Source of the DNA: Vulcanimicrobiota bacterium
Lineage (GTDB): Bacteria; Vulcanimicrobiota; Vulcanimicrobiia; Vulcanimicrobiales; Vulcanimicrobiaceae
Assembly (NCBI GenBank): GCA_963833095.1
Contig: CAWHWQ010000001.1
Coordinates: 64,001 to 128,000, forward strand
DNA length: 64,000 nt
Direction of reading: 5' to 3'
Shown: piece after piece, positions 31,326 to 41,758 of the stretch
How positions within the stretch are numbered: the stretch's first letter is position 1
Layout of the letters: every line of letters begins with the position of its first letter
Notes under the pieces: generated by a model
What the model was told of the DNA's origin: nothing
What the model saw: only the letters and a program-made list of their open reading frames with translations
Databases searched by the model: none
Program-made: the position numbers and the translations under genes

Positions 31326-33304
31326 TTGTGGCGTTTGCCGCGCTTCTCGCAATCGCAACGCCGACGCCAACGCCAACACCCTCCCCGCTTCCGGTCATCG
31401 GCACGGTTCGTGTCGTCACCGGCTCGCAAGAGTCGATGCATAATCTTCCTGTACCGGCGTCACTGTTGGATCAGCAAGCGATCCTCAACCTCCCCGCCGT
31501 TACAGGCGACCAGCTGCTGCGCTATTTGCCCGGCTTCGACCGCAATCGCAGCAATAGCATGTTCACCAACTACGGACAGCTACGTGTTTCATTTGCAGGG
31601 TTGGGCAACGATCGCGGACTCGTCCTTGCCGACGGCATTCCGGCGCAGGACGGCTTCGGTGGACAAGTTGATTGGGCCCAATTTCCCGCGCCGGATCTGA
31701 TTCGCGCCGAACTTCTGCGTGGACCGGGATCGGCGCTCTACGGCGGGGGCGCGGTCGGTGGCGTTCTCGCGCTCCAAACCTACGGCCCAACTCCGGAACT
31801 CGCCGGCCCCGCGGAGGGAACTGTCAGTTTCTCCGGCGGCACGCACGCGTTTGCGCAAACCTACGCGCAATCCACCGCGCCGCTCGGCGGCAAACTCTCG
31901 GCGTCGGTTTCGGCGCTCGCGCAACAGTTGCAATACAACGATCTGGCGCCGGGGTACCAGACCGCGCGCGATAACGAGGCGCAATCGCAAAGCAGCATGG
32001 CAAACATCCGGCTGCGCTATGCAGCCGACGCGAACACGATCCTCGAGTACGGCTACCTCGGCGCGTGGGATTATCAGCAAGAAGGGCGACCGAACTACGA
32101 TTTCTGGCGAAAGCTGGTGCAGAACGCGGTGCGCATCGCCCACGGGACACGTCAGTCATCGCTGACCGCCAGTTTCTACCAGCGCAACGGCTTCGTTACC
32201 AATCGCGCCGACATGTATCCCAGCGCCCCGGGAACGCTGCTCTATACGCAGTACGTTCCGACGCACGAGAACGGCGTGCTCCTGAGCTGGATCGTCGGCA
32301 ACGAGCGTTCGACCTTCGCCGTGCTCGGTAACGCAAAATTCGTCGGCGGCGTAAGCGATCAGTACAATGGCGCCGGCGCATTCACCGTCTCGGGCAGCGG
32401 CTCGCAAGATTCCTCGGGTATCGCGCTTGAGGAGACGCTGCGCGGCCCGCGATTCGAAGTGGTTGGAGGGGTGCGGGCCGACTCGATTGACCTTGTGAAC
32501 GCCGCGACCCAAAAAGGTGCAGTGATTACAACCATCGCGCCACGCGTCGATCGCGCACTTTCACCGCGAGCCGCCGTGCGCTACGATCTAAGCAAAGAGC
32601 TGGCCTTTCGAGCATCGGCCGGCGGCGATTTCCGCGCACCCTATCTGAACGAATTGATCCGCGGCTATCAAATCGGCGCGGTCCAGTACCTGCCCAACTC
32701 GGCGCTGGTACCCGAACGCAGTTCATCTCTGGTCGCTGGGTTCGATTGGATCCACGCAAACAACGAGATTTCCGCTGATTTCACGCACGCGTTTGTCAAC
32801 GATGCGATCGACTTTCGCACGATCAGTCCGACGGTGCAAATGCGCAGCAACTTCTCGCATACGCAAACCGACGGGACGACCATCGTCTACGTTCGACGCC
32901 TACGAGGATGCTCAAAGTTCACGCTCTGGGGAACCCAGCAATATTCGCGCATCATTGTGGGCACGGCCGGTGAAGACGGAAAACAGCTCCCCTATGTCCC
33001 CAAGGCATCGGCGAGCGCCGAGTACGACGCACCGGTCGGCGCCGTGCAGACCGGGGTAAGCATCAACTATTCCGGGATGACCTGGGCCGACGACCTGAAC
33101 CAACAACCGCTCGGTAGCGCCGTTACCGCGGGCGTGCATGCGATCGTTCCGCTCCGCGATGGCGTGAGGATCATCTTCAACGCAGACAACGTGACGAATG
33201 CACGCTATCTCTCCAGCATCGACCGTTACGCGCCGCCCCAGGTTCTCTCACTCGCACTCACCGCGCCGGTCGGGAGCCCGCAAGCGGCAGCCTGCTCGAG
33301 ATAA
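31322..33304 (+). CDS. TonB-dependent receptor
   Basis: Plug motifs LVLADGIP and AELLRGPGSALYG; FRAPYLNEL, LVPERS and NADNVTN. Confidence 0.9.
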   Translation: MIVAFAALLAIATPTPTPTPSPLPVIGTVRVVTGSQESMHNLPVPASLLDQQAILNLPAVTGDQLLRYLPGFDRNRSNSMFTNYGQLRVSFAGLGNDRGLVLADGIPAQDGFGGQVDWAQFPAPDLIRAELLRGPGSALYGGGAVGGVLALQTYGPTPELAGPAEGTVSFSGGTHAFAQTYAQSTAPLGGKLSASVSALAQQLQYNDLAPGYQTARDNEAQSQSSMANIRLRYAADANTILEYGYLGAWDYQQEGRPNYDFWRKLVQNAVRIAHGTRQSSLTASFYQRNGFVTNRADMYPSAPGTLLYTQYVPTHENGVLLSWIVGNERSTFAVLGNAKFVGGVSDQYNGAGAFTVSGSGSQDSSGIALEETLRGPRFEVVGGVRADSIDLVNAATQKGAVITTIAPRVDRALSPRAAVRYDLSKELAFRASAGGDFRAPYLNELIRGYQIGAVQYLPNSALVPERSSSLVAGFDWIHANNEISADFTHAFVNDAIDFRTISPTVQMRSNFSHTQTDGTTIVYVRRLRGCSKFTLWGTQQYSRIIVGTAGEDGKQLPYVPKASASAEYDAPVGAVQTGVSINYSGMTWADDLNQQPLGSAVTAGVHAIVPLRDGVRIIFNADNVTNARYLSSIDRYAPPQVLSLALTAPVGSPQAAACSR

Positions 33305-33328
33305 CCGATTTTTGGGCATAAATCGGAC

Positions 33329-33751
33329 ATGAAGAGCTTACGACCAATTCTTGCCACGGTGACGGTGCTTGCAATGCTCGCACTTGGTGTGCCCGCAACG
33401 CCGGCCCGAGCCGATGGCGCAGCCAGCACACGGAATTTGATTCTTCTCGGCGGTGCCGCGGCGGCGTATTTGATCATCGCGCACAACCGTAAGGTGCACG
33501 AGCAGCAGGCCCAAAACGCGCAGCGCCAGGCTGCGCTCGAAGAACAGAGCAACGATGACTCGTCGGCATACGCGCAGGCCGAACATGCCTACCAAGAAGA
33601 GGTTGCCGTCAACGGCGAACTCCAAAAGGAAGTCGCCTATCAGCATTCGGTTGTCGAGGCGCAGCGCGACGAGTTGGCATCATTGAGCGTACACGACGAT
33701 GCCGGCCCCGGTAACGTCGCGATGGTTTCCTATGGTTGGGGGAACGTGTGA
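33329..33751 (+). CDS. Hypothetical secreted coiled-coil protein
   Basis: Signal peptide ending PARA, hydrophobic segment, Gln-rich helix. Confidence 0.65.
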   Translation: MKSLRPILATVTVLAMLALGVPATPARADGAASTRNLILLGGAAAAYLIIAHNRKVHEQQAQNAQRQAALEEQSNDDSSAYAQAEHAYQEEVAVNGELQKEVAYQHSVVEAQRDELASLSVHDDAGPGNVAMVSYGWGNV

Positions 33752-34104
33752 AGCAGCTCCTCGCTATGGCGCTGCTCGCGAGCGCTCTCGCCGCTTGTGC
33801 GAGCCACGATCCGCAGTCAACGGCAAACGGCGTGACGCGCGCGGTGTACAACGACGACCTCTCTGCGGTAACACCGTACTTCGATGACGCGCTGCGGCCG
33901 CAGGTATCGCGCGCCGGGGTCGGTGTGATCTCAGACAAAATGCACGCGCTGGGGAGTTACAGCGGGCTCACCCTGCTGGCGAAGGACTCGGCCAAGAATG
34001 AGTACACCTATCGAGCCAGTTTCTCCAAAGGCACGATGAACGTGATCGTGCGCCTCGACGATGACGGGCGCCTAGCCGCGTACCGCGTTTTTCCGTCGAG
34101 CTAG
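33748..34104 (+). CDS. Lipoprotein, DUF3887-like
   Basis: Lipobox LAAC; overlaps the upstream stop (GTGA). Confidence 0.6.
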   Translation: MKQLLAMALLASALAACASHDPQSTANGVTRAVYNDDLSAVTPYFDDALRPQVSRAGVGVISDKMHALGSYSGLTLLAKDSAKNEYTYRASFSKGTMNVIVRLDDDGRLAAYRVFPSS

Positions 34105-34188
34105 CTAGGCCCAACCGTCTGCCCGCAGGATGCGGGTGAAGTGTTCGGAGCACAGGACGTGCGATCGGCCGTAGGCCGACCGCACCGT

Positions 34189-36396
34189 CTATAAGCTGCT
34201 TGCGCGGTCGAGCGTGAGGAACGTGCGCGCGAACAGTTCTGCCGGAAGCGGATGGCCGAGCGCATAGCCTTGCACGTACTGGCACCCGGTATCGACCATC
34301 ACTTCGAGCTGCATCATATTCTCGACGCCTTCTGCTACGACGGTCATCCCCAGCTCCGATGCGAGCCGCACGACCGTGACGGCGACGGCACGGGCTTTGC
34401 TATCGACTTCGCTCTTGGTCACAAAAGAGCGGTCGATCTTGAGTACGCTTGCCGGAACATCGCGCACGCGACCCAGCGATGAACCGCCGGTGCCAAAGTC
34501 GTCGATCGCGCAGTGCACACCGATCTCGCGCAGGCTACTCACGAGTGCCGCCACGTCGCCGTCATCACTTGCAACGACGCTCTCGTTGATCTCGACGATC
34601 AACGCCTCACCCGGCATTGCCGTACGTTCGAGGAGATCGCGAATGCGATCGCGGCATTGACGGTGCAAGATTTGCCGCGCAAACAGGTTGACCCACACGG
34701 TAAAGTCGGGAATCTCGCGGCGCCATTCGCCGGCTTGTAGAAGACTCTGCTCCATGACGTTCCAGCCCACGTGTTCCCCGATAGACAACCGCTCCAGGAG
34801 TTCGATGAAGTGTGCCGGCGCGACGATACCGCGATCGGGATGAATCCAGCGGAGCAGCGCTTCAGCCCCAGCCACCCGCCATGCGCGCGTGGCGTCATCG
34901 TATCGGAAGATCGGCTGAAAGAACGGCACCAGTTCGCCCCGCTCGACCGCTCGATGCAGTTCACCGACCAGCGACGGCGACTCACCCACCTGTAGGTCCG
35001 GCGAGTACACGATGGCGTGTGTCGGCGACTCCTTGGCGCGGTCGAGCGCAATGTCGGCTTTGCGCAGCATCTCGTCGGCCGACCCGGCCCGAATCATGCG
35101 AACGGCGCCCATTGAGACCGAGATGAAGACCCGCGAACCGTCGGCATCGAACGGCGCATCGTAGAACTGCCGCAACTCGGTCATGATCGCGTGCGGACTG
35201 CGATCGTCAACGACAGCGACGGCAAATTCGTCGGCGCTGACTCGCGCGATCATGTACGACGTCGGGAACGAAGCGCGCAAACGGATGGCCATCTGCTGCA
35301 AGACGTGGTCGGCCGCGACCCGTCCCACGCCCTGATTGAGCAAACGCATGTCGTCGACGTCCATGATCACCAGCACGATCGCCGAATCCGCGTGCCGAGT
35401 GATCCATTCGACGAGACGCTCGCGGTTGGGTAGGCCGGTGAGCTCGTCGACGAAGGCGCGGCGCGAAAGGCGCGCGACCAGTTCCCAGCGTTCGTCGACC
35501 AACCCAGCCAAGAGAAAGACCATGAGCGATGAGGCAAAGAGAAAGCCTTGCGCTTGCACCAGCAGTTCGGCCTGGAGGCCCAGCGTCGCTTGCATCGCCA
35601 CCATCGTTGCCATCGTCACTGCCCATGCGGTGATCGAAGCGAGCGCCGCGCCGCGAACGCCGTAGCGGATCGCCAGCCACGACATCGCCACGAATGAAAG
35701 ATCGAGGATGGGCTCGTGCGTCAGCGAGGAGAGATAGATGCCCCCTGACACCAGCAAGGCGGTGGCGGCCACGAGCGCAACGATCTCGCCGCGGGGCGGA
35801 TCCTGATGTTCGGCCGGCGAGCTCGTCTGGCGCCATCCGATGAAGGTCGTGATCGCGGGCACGAGCGACATGATCGAGGCCACGTCGCCTAATACGAAGC
35901 GAGCAAGTTGCTGCGGCACGTCATCGGGCGCGACCTTGCCGATCGCGACGAGCAGCGTGATGGCGATCGGGCCGAGGACGAGTGGCGCAGCGATGCCGAT
36001 GATTCCGCAAAACCACGCGACATCGCGCAAATTCCGAAGCGGCAGCGTGACGCGCAAACGCTGGACGACCAAACGAACGGCGAGGGCGAAGACGACCGCG
36101 AGCGTGATCTGCACGAAAAGCGTCGACCAGGCGGGATGTGCGTGACGCTCGACGAGCGCCCACCGTAGCATTGCGCTCGCTGGGATCAGCGGCCACCACT
36201 TCCAGCCGAGATACAGCAGCAGCAGGACGTCGATCGCGAGCACGGGATAGACCGGCGACGCTCCGCCGCCGGCGAACAGCCACTCAGTCAACGCGTCGAG
36301 AAGTTGCCACAACACCAAGAAGCCGACGATACAGACCGCCGTTTGTTGTGTAGTGAGTGGCCGTTGCGCGAGAGAGCGCACGCCTGCGATGTTCAT
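34189..36396 (-). CDS. MASE1-GGDEF-EAL protein (degenerate SADEF; likely phosphodiesterase)
   Basis: Multi-TM N-terminus; DELTGLPNR, SADEF, FQP...EALLRW and DDFGTG motifs. Confidence 0.9.
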   Translation of the reverse strand: MNIAGVRSLAQRPLTTQQTAVCIVGFLVLWQLLDALTEWLFAGGGASPVYPVLAIDVLLLLYLGWKWWPLIPASAMLRWALVERHAHPAWSTLFVQITLAVVFALAVRLVVQRLRVTLPLRNLRDVAWFCGIIGIAAPLVLGPIAITLLVAIGKVAPDDVPQQLARFVLGDVASIMSLVPAITTFIGWRQTSSPAEHQDPPRGEIVALVAATALLVSGGIYLSSLTHEPILDLSFVAMSWLAIRYGVRGAALASITAWAVTMATMVAMQATLGLQAELLVQAQGFLFASSLMVFLLAGLVDERWELVARLSRRAFVDELTGLPNRERLVEWITRHADSAIVLVIMDVDDMRLLNQGVGRVAADHVLQQMAIRLRASFPTSYMIARVSADEFAVAVVDDRSPHAIMTELRQFYDAPFDADGSRVFISVSMGAVRMIRAGSADEMLRKADIALDRAKESPTHAIVYSPDLQVGESPSLVGELHRAVERGELVPFFQPIFRYDDATRAWRVAGAEALLRWIHPDRGIVAPAHFIELLERLSIGEHVGWNVMEQSLLQAGEWRREIPDFTVWVNLFARQILHRQCRDRIRDLLERTAMPGEALIVEINESVVASDDGDVAALVSSLREIGVHCAIDDFGTGGSSLGRVRDVPASVLKIDRSFVTKSEVDSKARAVAVTVVRLASELGMTVVAEGVENMMQLEVMVDTGCQYVQGYALGHPLPAELFARTFLTLDRASSL

Positions 36397-36427
36397 CTTG
36401 GGTGGGCGTGGTTCCCGTTATGAAGGA

Positions 36428-36457
36428 TGAAGGCCCGGCCAAGCGGCCGAGCCTTCA
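36428..36457 (-). terminator. Hairpin downstream of rpoB
   Basis: 13-bp stem TGAAGGCTCGGCC/GGCCGGGCCTTCA; G-U pair favours the minus strand; weak U tract. Confidence 0.6.
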
Positions 36458-36487
36458 GTTCGTTGTGGTGCACCTTACGAATTGATG

Positions 36488-39400
36488 CTAAAAGTCATCT
36501 TCTTGCGGGTTCTCAACGTACGGGGCTTCCTCTTCCTCGTCTTCAAAGGGCTTCTCTTCCTCGTACGAATCCTCGTCTTCTTCCTCGAGCTCGTAACCCT
36601 GCACACCCTCGACGTCGGTGTCCTCGGTCTCTTCTTCCGGGGTGAAGATCTCGTCCGCCTCGGCTTCGCGCACCGGCATCGGCGGCGGCGTCGGAAGCGG
36701 AATCGTCGCGTCCAGCGGTTTGCTGTCGTCGATCTCTTCCTCTTCCTCTTCCAATTCCGCTTCGGGATCCTCGACCTCGGTCGGGTCGCCGATACCCTCG
36801 GCGGCCGCCGCTTCGGCAAGCACTTCGCGTGCCGCGACCTGCGTCTGCGAGGGCACGGGTTGATCGTCGCCCATGAGCAGACCGATCTCCTGACGCTCGC
36901 GTTCGCCCAGATCGTCGTCCTGCATGCGAACGTCGATCTCTTCGCGATTCTCGGTGAGCACTTTGACGTCGAGCGCCAGCGACTGGAGCTCCTTGATAAG
37001 GACTTTGAACGATTCCGGAACGCCCGGTTCCATCACGTTCTCGCCCTTGACGATCGCTTCGTACGTCTTCACGCGACCGACGACGTCGTCGGACTTGACC
37101 GTGAGCAGTTCTTGCAGCGTATAGGCCGCACCGTACGCTTCGAGCGCCCAGACTTCCATTTCACCGAAGCGCTGACCACCGAACTGCGCCTTACCGCCCA
37201 GCGGCTGCTGCGTGATCATCGAGTACGGTCCAGTCGAACGCGCGTGGATCTTGTCGTCGACTAAGTGCGCGAGTTTGAGCATGTAGATCATGCCGACGGT
37301 GATCGGGCGCGAGAAGCGCTCACCCGAACGGCCGTCACGCAGCCACGTCTTGCCGTCGGGCGCCATACCGGCGTCCTGCAGCCACTCGGCGATGTCCTCC
37401 GCGTGCGCGCCGTCGAAAACCGGCGTCGCGACATTCATGCCGAGCATACGCGCAGCCCATCCCAGATGCGTTTCCATGATCTGGCCAAGGTTCATACGCG
37501 AGGGAACACCGAGCGGGTTGAGCACGATGTCGACCGGCGTACCGTCTTCCAGATACGGCATGTCTTCTTCCGGCAGCACTTTGGCGATGACGCCTTTGTT
37601 GCCGTGACGTCCGGCCATCTTGTCGCCTTGCAGAATCTTACGCTTCTGCGCGACGTAGACGCGCACCAGATGATTCACGCCCGGCGAGAGTTCGTCGCCG
37701 TTCTCGCGCGAGAACACCTTGACGTCGATGATCTTGCCCTTTTCGCCGTGCGGAACTTTGAGGCTCGTGTCGCGAACTTCACGCGATTTCTCGCCGAAGA
37801 TCGCGCGCAGCAGGCGCTCTTCCGCCGTCAGCTCGGTCTCGCCCTTGGGCGTGACCTTACCAACAAGAATGTCTTCCGGGCGAACTTCGGCACCAATGCG
37901 GATGATGCCGCGCTCGTCGAGATCCTTGAGCGCGTCTTCACCGACGTTGGGAATGTCGCGCGTAATCTCTTCTGGTCCGAGCTTGGTATCGCGGGCCTCG
38001 CACTCGTACTCCTCGATGTGAATCGAGGTGAAGCGATCTTCCTTGACCATGCGTTCGCTGATCAAGATCGCGTCTTCGTAGTTGTAACCTTCCCACGGCA
38101 TGAACGCCACGAGCACGTTCTGCCCCAGCGCCAGTTCCGCTTCATCGGATGACGGGCCGTCGGCGAGCACTTGACCCGCCTGGACATGCTCGCCCAGTTT
38201 GACGATCGGACGCTGGTTGATACACGTGCCCGCATTGCTGCGCACGAACTTGAGCAGATCGAAGACCTTCTCGGTGCCGTCGTCGAGCTTGAGCGTGATG
38301 CCTTTGGCGTCGACGGCTTCAACCGTGCCGCTCAGGTTGGAAACAATGAGCGATCCCGAATCCTTGGCAGCGCGATACTCCATTCCGGTGCCCACGATCG
38401 GGGCGTCCGGACGGAGCAACGGCACGGCTTGACGTTGCATGTTCGCGCCCATCAGCGCGCGGTTGGCGTCGTCGTGCTCCAAGAACGGAATGAGCGCGGT
38501 TGCGACCGACACGATTTGCTTGGGTGAAACGTCCATCAGCTGGACGCGCAGCGCCGGCTCTTCGATGTATTCTTCCGCGTAACGGCAGACAACGGAGTCC
38601 GAGGTGATCAGTCCCGCAGGGTCGACCTGCGTGTTGGCTTGAGCAATGATGTACTCGTCTTCGCGGTCGGCGGTGAGATAGATGATCTCATCGGTCACGC
38701 GGCCATCTTGCACGACCCGGTACGGCGTCTCGATGAAGCCGAATTTATTGACGCGCGCATAGGTCGCAAGCGAACCGATCAGACCGATGTTCGGACCTTC
38801 CGGCGTTTCGATCGGACAGATGCGGCCGTAGTGCGAGTGGTGAACGTCGCGAACTTCGAAGCCCGCGCGTTCGCGCGAGAGACCGCCCGGCCCGAGGGCT
38901 GAGAGACGGCGCTTGTGGGTCAGTTCGGCCAGCGAGTTGGTCTGATCCATGAACTGCGAGAGTTGCGATGAACCGAAGAACTCTTTGATCGCAGCGACGA
39001 CCGGACGGATATTGATCAGCGCCTGCGGCGTGACCGTCTCGATGTCTTGCACCGTCATGCGCTCGCGCACGACGCGCTCGAGGCGCAGCAAACCGACGCG
39101 GAATTGATTCTGCAACAGTTCACCGACCGAACGCACGCGGCGGTTACCGAGGTGATCGATGTCGTCCTTGGCGATGATGCCGGTCGCGACTTTGATCAAG
39201 CGGCGGATGACGGCGATCATGTCCGAGCGCGTGAGGCACTTGACGTCGATCGAGGGTTCTTCCAAACCCGCGTACTCGTTGATCTGAAGCGTCGGCGTCG
39301 TGAGGCGCTCATCAGCGTCGGGGTTCTCGATGCGGTAGTGGAACTTGCCGCCCAGTTTGTAGCGGCCGACGCCCGCGAGGTCGTAGCGCTTCTCGTCGAA

Positions 39401-40378
39401 GAACAGCGACTCGAGGAGCTTCTCCGCGTTCTCCGCGTTCTCGGGCTCGCCCGGTCGCAGCTTCTTGTAGATTTCCTTGAGCGCGTCTTCGCGCGTCTTG
39501 ATGTCTTTGTCTTTGTCGATCGAGTTCTGGACCAGCGGCGAATTGTTGAACAGCGCGAGAATCGCTTCGTCACTCTCCCAATTCAAGCCGAGATCCGGGC
39601 GCGAAAGCGCGCGAATAAAGGTCGAGACGTAGATCTTGCGGTTCTTATCGATGCGAACGCCGATCGTGCCCTCGGTCTCGTCGTTTTTCGTACCGTTGTC
39701 GGTCTCGAATTCGATCCAGGCGCCGCGGTTCGGAATGATCGTCGCGTTGTAGGTCGGGCGCGCATTGGTGTCGACGTCTTGACTGTAGTACACGCCGGGC
39801 GAACGCACGAGCTGACTTACGATCACGCGCTCCGCGCCGTTGATCATGAAGGTGCCCTTGTCGGTCATGAGCGGGAAATCGCCCATGAAAATTTCTTGGT
39901 CGGGAATGCCTTTGATTTCGCCGGACTCGGCCGTGATCAAGCGGACGCGCACGCGCAACGGCGCGCTGTAGGTCATGTCGCGTTCGCGACACTCTTCAAT
40001 AGAATACTTGGGCTCGCCGAGCGAATGCTCGCCAAACTCGAGAATCAAATTGCCGGTGAAGTCTTTGATCGGCGAGATCGAAGAAAATGCCTCGCCGAGA
40101 CCGTCGGTCTTGAACCAATCGAAGCTGGCTTTTTGCAGTTCGATCAGATTCGGAATCTCGAGCACGTGCGGAATTTTCGCAAACGTGTAACGCGAGCGCT
40201 TGGGCCCGGGATCCGGGGGCTGCTCGATCGTGAACGCTCCCGCCGCCATCGGGAACGACTGCGGCACGGCCGTCGTTGTTACGCCCGCATTGGGCGCAGG
40301 ACGCTCCGTGCGCTTCGACTTGCCCTTACTCGCCGCGGAGCTCTTCGCGGTCGCTTTCGGTGCCGTCGTTTTCGCCAT
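36488..40378 (-). CDS. rpoB: RNA polymerase beta subunit
   Basis: [36 protein letters not shown] and [13 protein letters not shown] motifs. Confidence 0.99.
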   Translation of the reverse strand: MAKTTAPKATAKSSAASKGKSKRTERPAPNAGVTTTAVPQSFPMAAGAFTIEQPPDPGPKRSRYTFAKIPHVLEIPNLIELQKASFDWFKTDGLGEAFSSISPIKDFTGNLILEFGEHSLGEPKYSIEECRERDMTYSAPLRVRVRLITAESGEIKGIPDQEIFMGDFPLMTDKGTFMINGAERVIVSQLVRSPGVYYSQDVDTNARPTYNATIIPNRGAWIEFETDNGTKNDETEGTIGVRIDKNRKIYVSTFIRALSRPDLGLNWESDEAILALFNNSPLVQNSIDKDKDIKTREDALKEIYKKLRPGEPENAENAEKLLESLFFDEKRYDLAGVGRYKLGGKFHYRIENPDADERLTTPTLQINEYAGLEEPSIDVKCLTRSDMIAVIRRLIKVATGIIAKDDIDHLGNRRVRSVGELLQNQFRVGLLRLERVVRERMTVQDIETVTPQALINIRPVVAAIKEFFGSSQLSQFMDQTNSLAELTHKRRLSALGPGGLSRERAGFEVRDVHHSHYGRICPIETPEGPNIGLIGSLATYARVNKFGFIETPYRVVQDGRVTDEIIYLTADREDEYIIAQANTQVDPAGLITSDSVVCRYAEEYIEEPALRVQLMDVSPKQIVSVATALIPFLEHDDANRALMGANMQRQAVPLLRPDAPIVGTGMEYRAAKDSGSLIVSNLSGTVEAVDAKGITLKLDDGTEKVFDLLKFVRSNAGTCINQRPIVKLGEHVQAGQVLADGPSSDEAELALGQNVLVAFMPWEGYNYEDAILISERMVKEDRFTSIHIEEYECEARDTKLGPEEITRDIPNVGEDALKDLDERGIIRIGAEVRPEDILVGKVTPKGETELTAEERLLRAIFGEKSREVRDTSLKVPHGEKGKIIDVKVFSRENGDELSPGVNHLVRVYVAQKRKILQGDKMAGRHGNKGVIAKVLPEEDMPYLEDGTPVDIVLNPLGVPSRMNLGQIMETHLGWAARMLGMNVATPVFDGAHAEDIAEWLQDAGMAPDGKTWLRDGRSGERFSRPITVGMIYMLKLAHLVDDKIHARSTGPYSMITQQPLGGKAQFGGQRFGEMEVWALEAYGAAYTLQELLTVKSDDVVGRVKTYEAIVKGENVMEPGVPESFKVLIKELQSLALDVKVLTENREEIDVRMQDDDLGERERQEIGLLMGDDQPVPSQTQVAAREVLAEAAAAEGIGDPTEVEDPEAELEEEEEEIDDSKPLDATIPLPTPPPMPVREAEADEIFTPEEETEDTDVEGVQGYELEEEDEDSYEEEKPFEDEEEEAPYVENPQEDDF

Positions 40379-40517
40379 TATCTCTCTCTTACTGACCTTT
40401 GAGGTTGGGCAGGGTGCCACACAAGCAAAAGAGGCCGAGTTCGTCCCCTCACATCACAGGGTCTTGACTCGTCCTTCTTTATTCTTATGGCTTATTCGCC
40501 CCGGGGCATAGACGAAG

Positions 40518-40546
40518 ATTTTAACATCGGGTCGCCTGGGCGTCAA
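40518..40546 (-). promoter_or_regulatory. sigma70-like promoter of rpoB
   Basis: TTGACG-N17-TAAAAT with extended -10 TG. Confidence 0.75.
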
Positions 40547-40564
40547 GGAGGACTCGTTTTGTGC

Positions 40565-40738
40565 TCAATCGGGCTCCAACGCGCCGCGCCGGCGCCCCTG
40601 CTCCCACCACGCGCCGCCCAGCAGCGCGAGGAGCATGCCCGGCAATGCGAGCGAGCCTAGAAAAGCCACCGTCTGTAGGATATAGGGATGCAGGTGATGA
40701 TGTCCGAGTCCGCCCATGATCGCCAAGCAGTATATCAT
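40565..40738 (-). CDS. Small membrane protein
   Basis: His-rich segment followed by one hydrophobic helix; start uncertain. Confidence 0.35.
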   Translation of the reverse strand: MIYCLAIMGGLGHHHLHPYILQTVAFLGSLALPGMLLALLGGAWWEQGRRRGALEPD

Positions 40739-40775
40739 GTCCGCCAAGCTCCCGCCCGGCTTTTCGGCGGGAAGG

Positions 40776-41723
40776 TTACGACGGCGCGAAAAGAACCTTG
40801 CCGCCGCGGCCGGGCGCCTCTGCGGCTTTGAGCGCTTTGGCTGCATCCCGAAGGGGATAGATGCCCGCAACCGGCAGCGGTAGCTCGCCCGCCAATGCAA
40901 GCTCGAAAACGCGCCCGAACGCGGATGCGCGTTGTTCGGCCGACGCGCGCGGCATCCACGTGTTCATCCAGAATCCGCGAACGATCGTCTCCTTGGCGAT
41001 CATGAGTCCGGGCGCGAGTTTCATCGAGGCGCCTGAGAGAGCGCCGAAGACGATCAGCTCGCCGAACTGCGCAAGCAGCTTTTGTAACTCCAGCGTCTGC
41101 GAACCCGCAATCGAATCGACGATACGAGCAAAGCCCGCACCGCCGGTGAGGTCGTGGGCTTTTTTCTCCCAGCCGTCATGCTCGGTAACGACGACGTACT
41201 GCGCGCCGTACTTCTCGAGCTCTTCGGCGGCCTTGGCGCTGCGCACGAAGTTAACGATATTCACGCCGGCCTTTTGCGCGAGCAGCATGAGCGTTTTTCC
41301 GACGGCGCCGTTGGCCGCATTTTGTGCGATCCACATACCCGGTTGCGTGCGCAAGTCCTCGAAGAGCACGACGGTCGAGAGCGGCATCGCGAGCAGTTGG
41401 CAGGCCCGATCGTCGTCGATCGCGTCGGGAACCGGCACGAGTGACGCTGTCGGCGCGATGACCTCGTCGGCCCACGTGCCCCGTGTTAGGCAGGCGTAGC
41501 GTTTGTCGCCGATCCGGCCCACGCATTCGCTTCCACCGGTTGCCGGTAACTTCGGCTTAACGCCGTAGATGCCGCGAATCGTCGCCAGATCGTGATTGTG
41601 GATCGGCGAGCGAACCATCCGCAGCACCACTTCTTCTCCCTCGCGCGGCGCGGGCACCGGGATATCGGCCGGCGCGACGACCTCGGCGGGCTCGCCGAAG
41701 CGCGCGTACTGCAATGCATTCAT
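40776..41723 (-). CDS. MDR-family zinc-independent oxidoreductase (2-enoyl thioester reductase-like)
   Basis: SPIHNHDL, GGSECVG, QNAANGAVG and GGKVL motifs. Confidence 0.88.
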   Translation of the reverse strand: MNALQYARFGEPAEVVAPADIPVPAPREGEEVVLRMVRSPIHNHDLATIRGIYGVKPKLPATGGSECVGRIGDKRYACLTRGTWADEVIAPTASLVPVPDAIDDDRACQLLAMPLSTVVLFEDLRTQPGMWIAQNAANGAVGKTLMLLAQKAGVNIVNFVRSAKAAEELEKYGAQYVVVTEHDGWEKKAHDLTGGAGFARIVDSIAGSQTLELQKLLAQFGELIVFGALSGASMKLAPGLMIAKETIVRGFWMNTWMPRASAEQRASAFGRVFELALAGELPLPVAGIYPLRDAAKALKAAEAPGRGGKVLFAPS

Positions 41724-41758
41724 GCGCGCTTCTTCGGGCCCGCCTCGCGATCTCCGGT

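Noticed and set aside
34189..36396. Active diguanylate cyclase
   Set aside because: The GGDEF motif is degenerate (SADEF) while the EAL motifs are retained
37265..40402. Long antisense ORFs opposite rpoB (also opposite rpoC and xoxF)
   Set aside because: Typical high-GC shadow ORFs with no protein motifs
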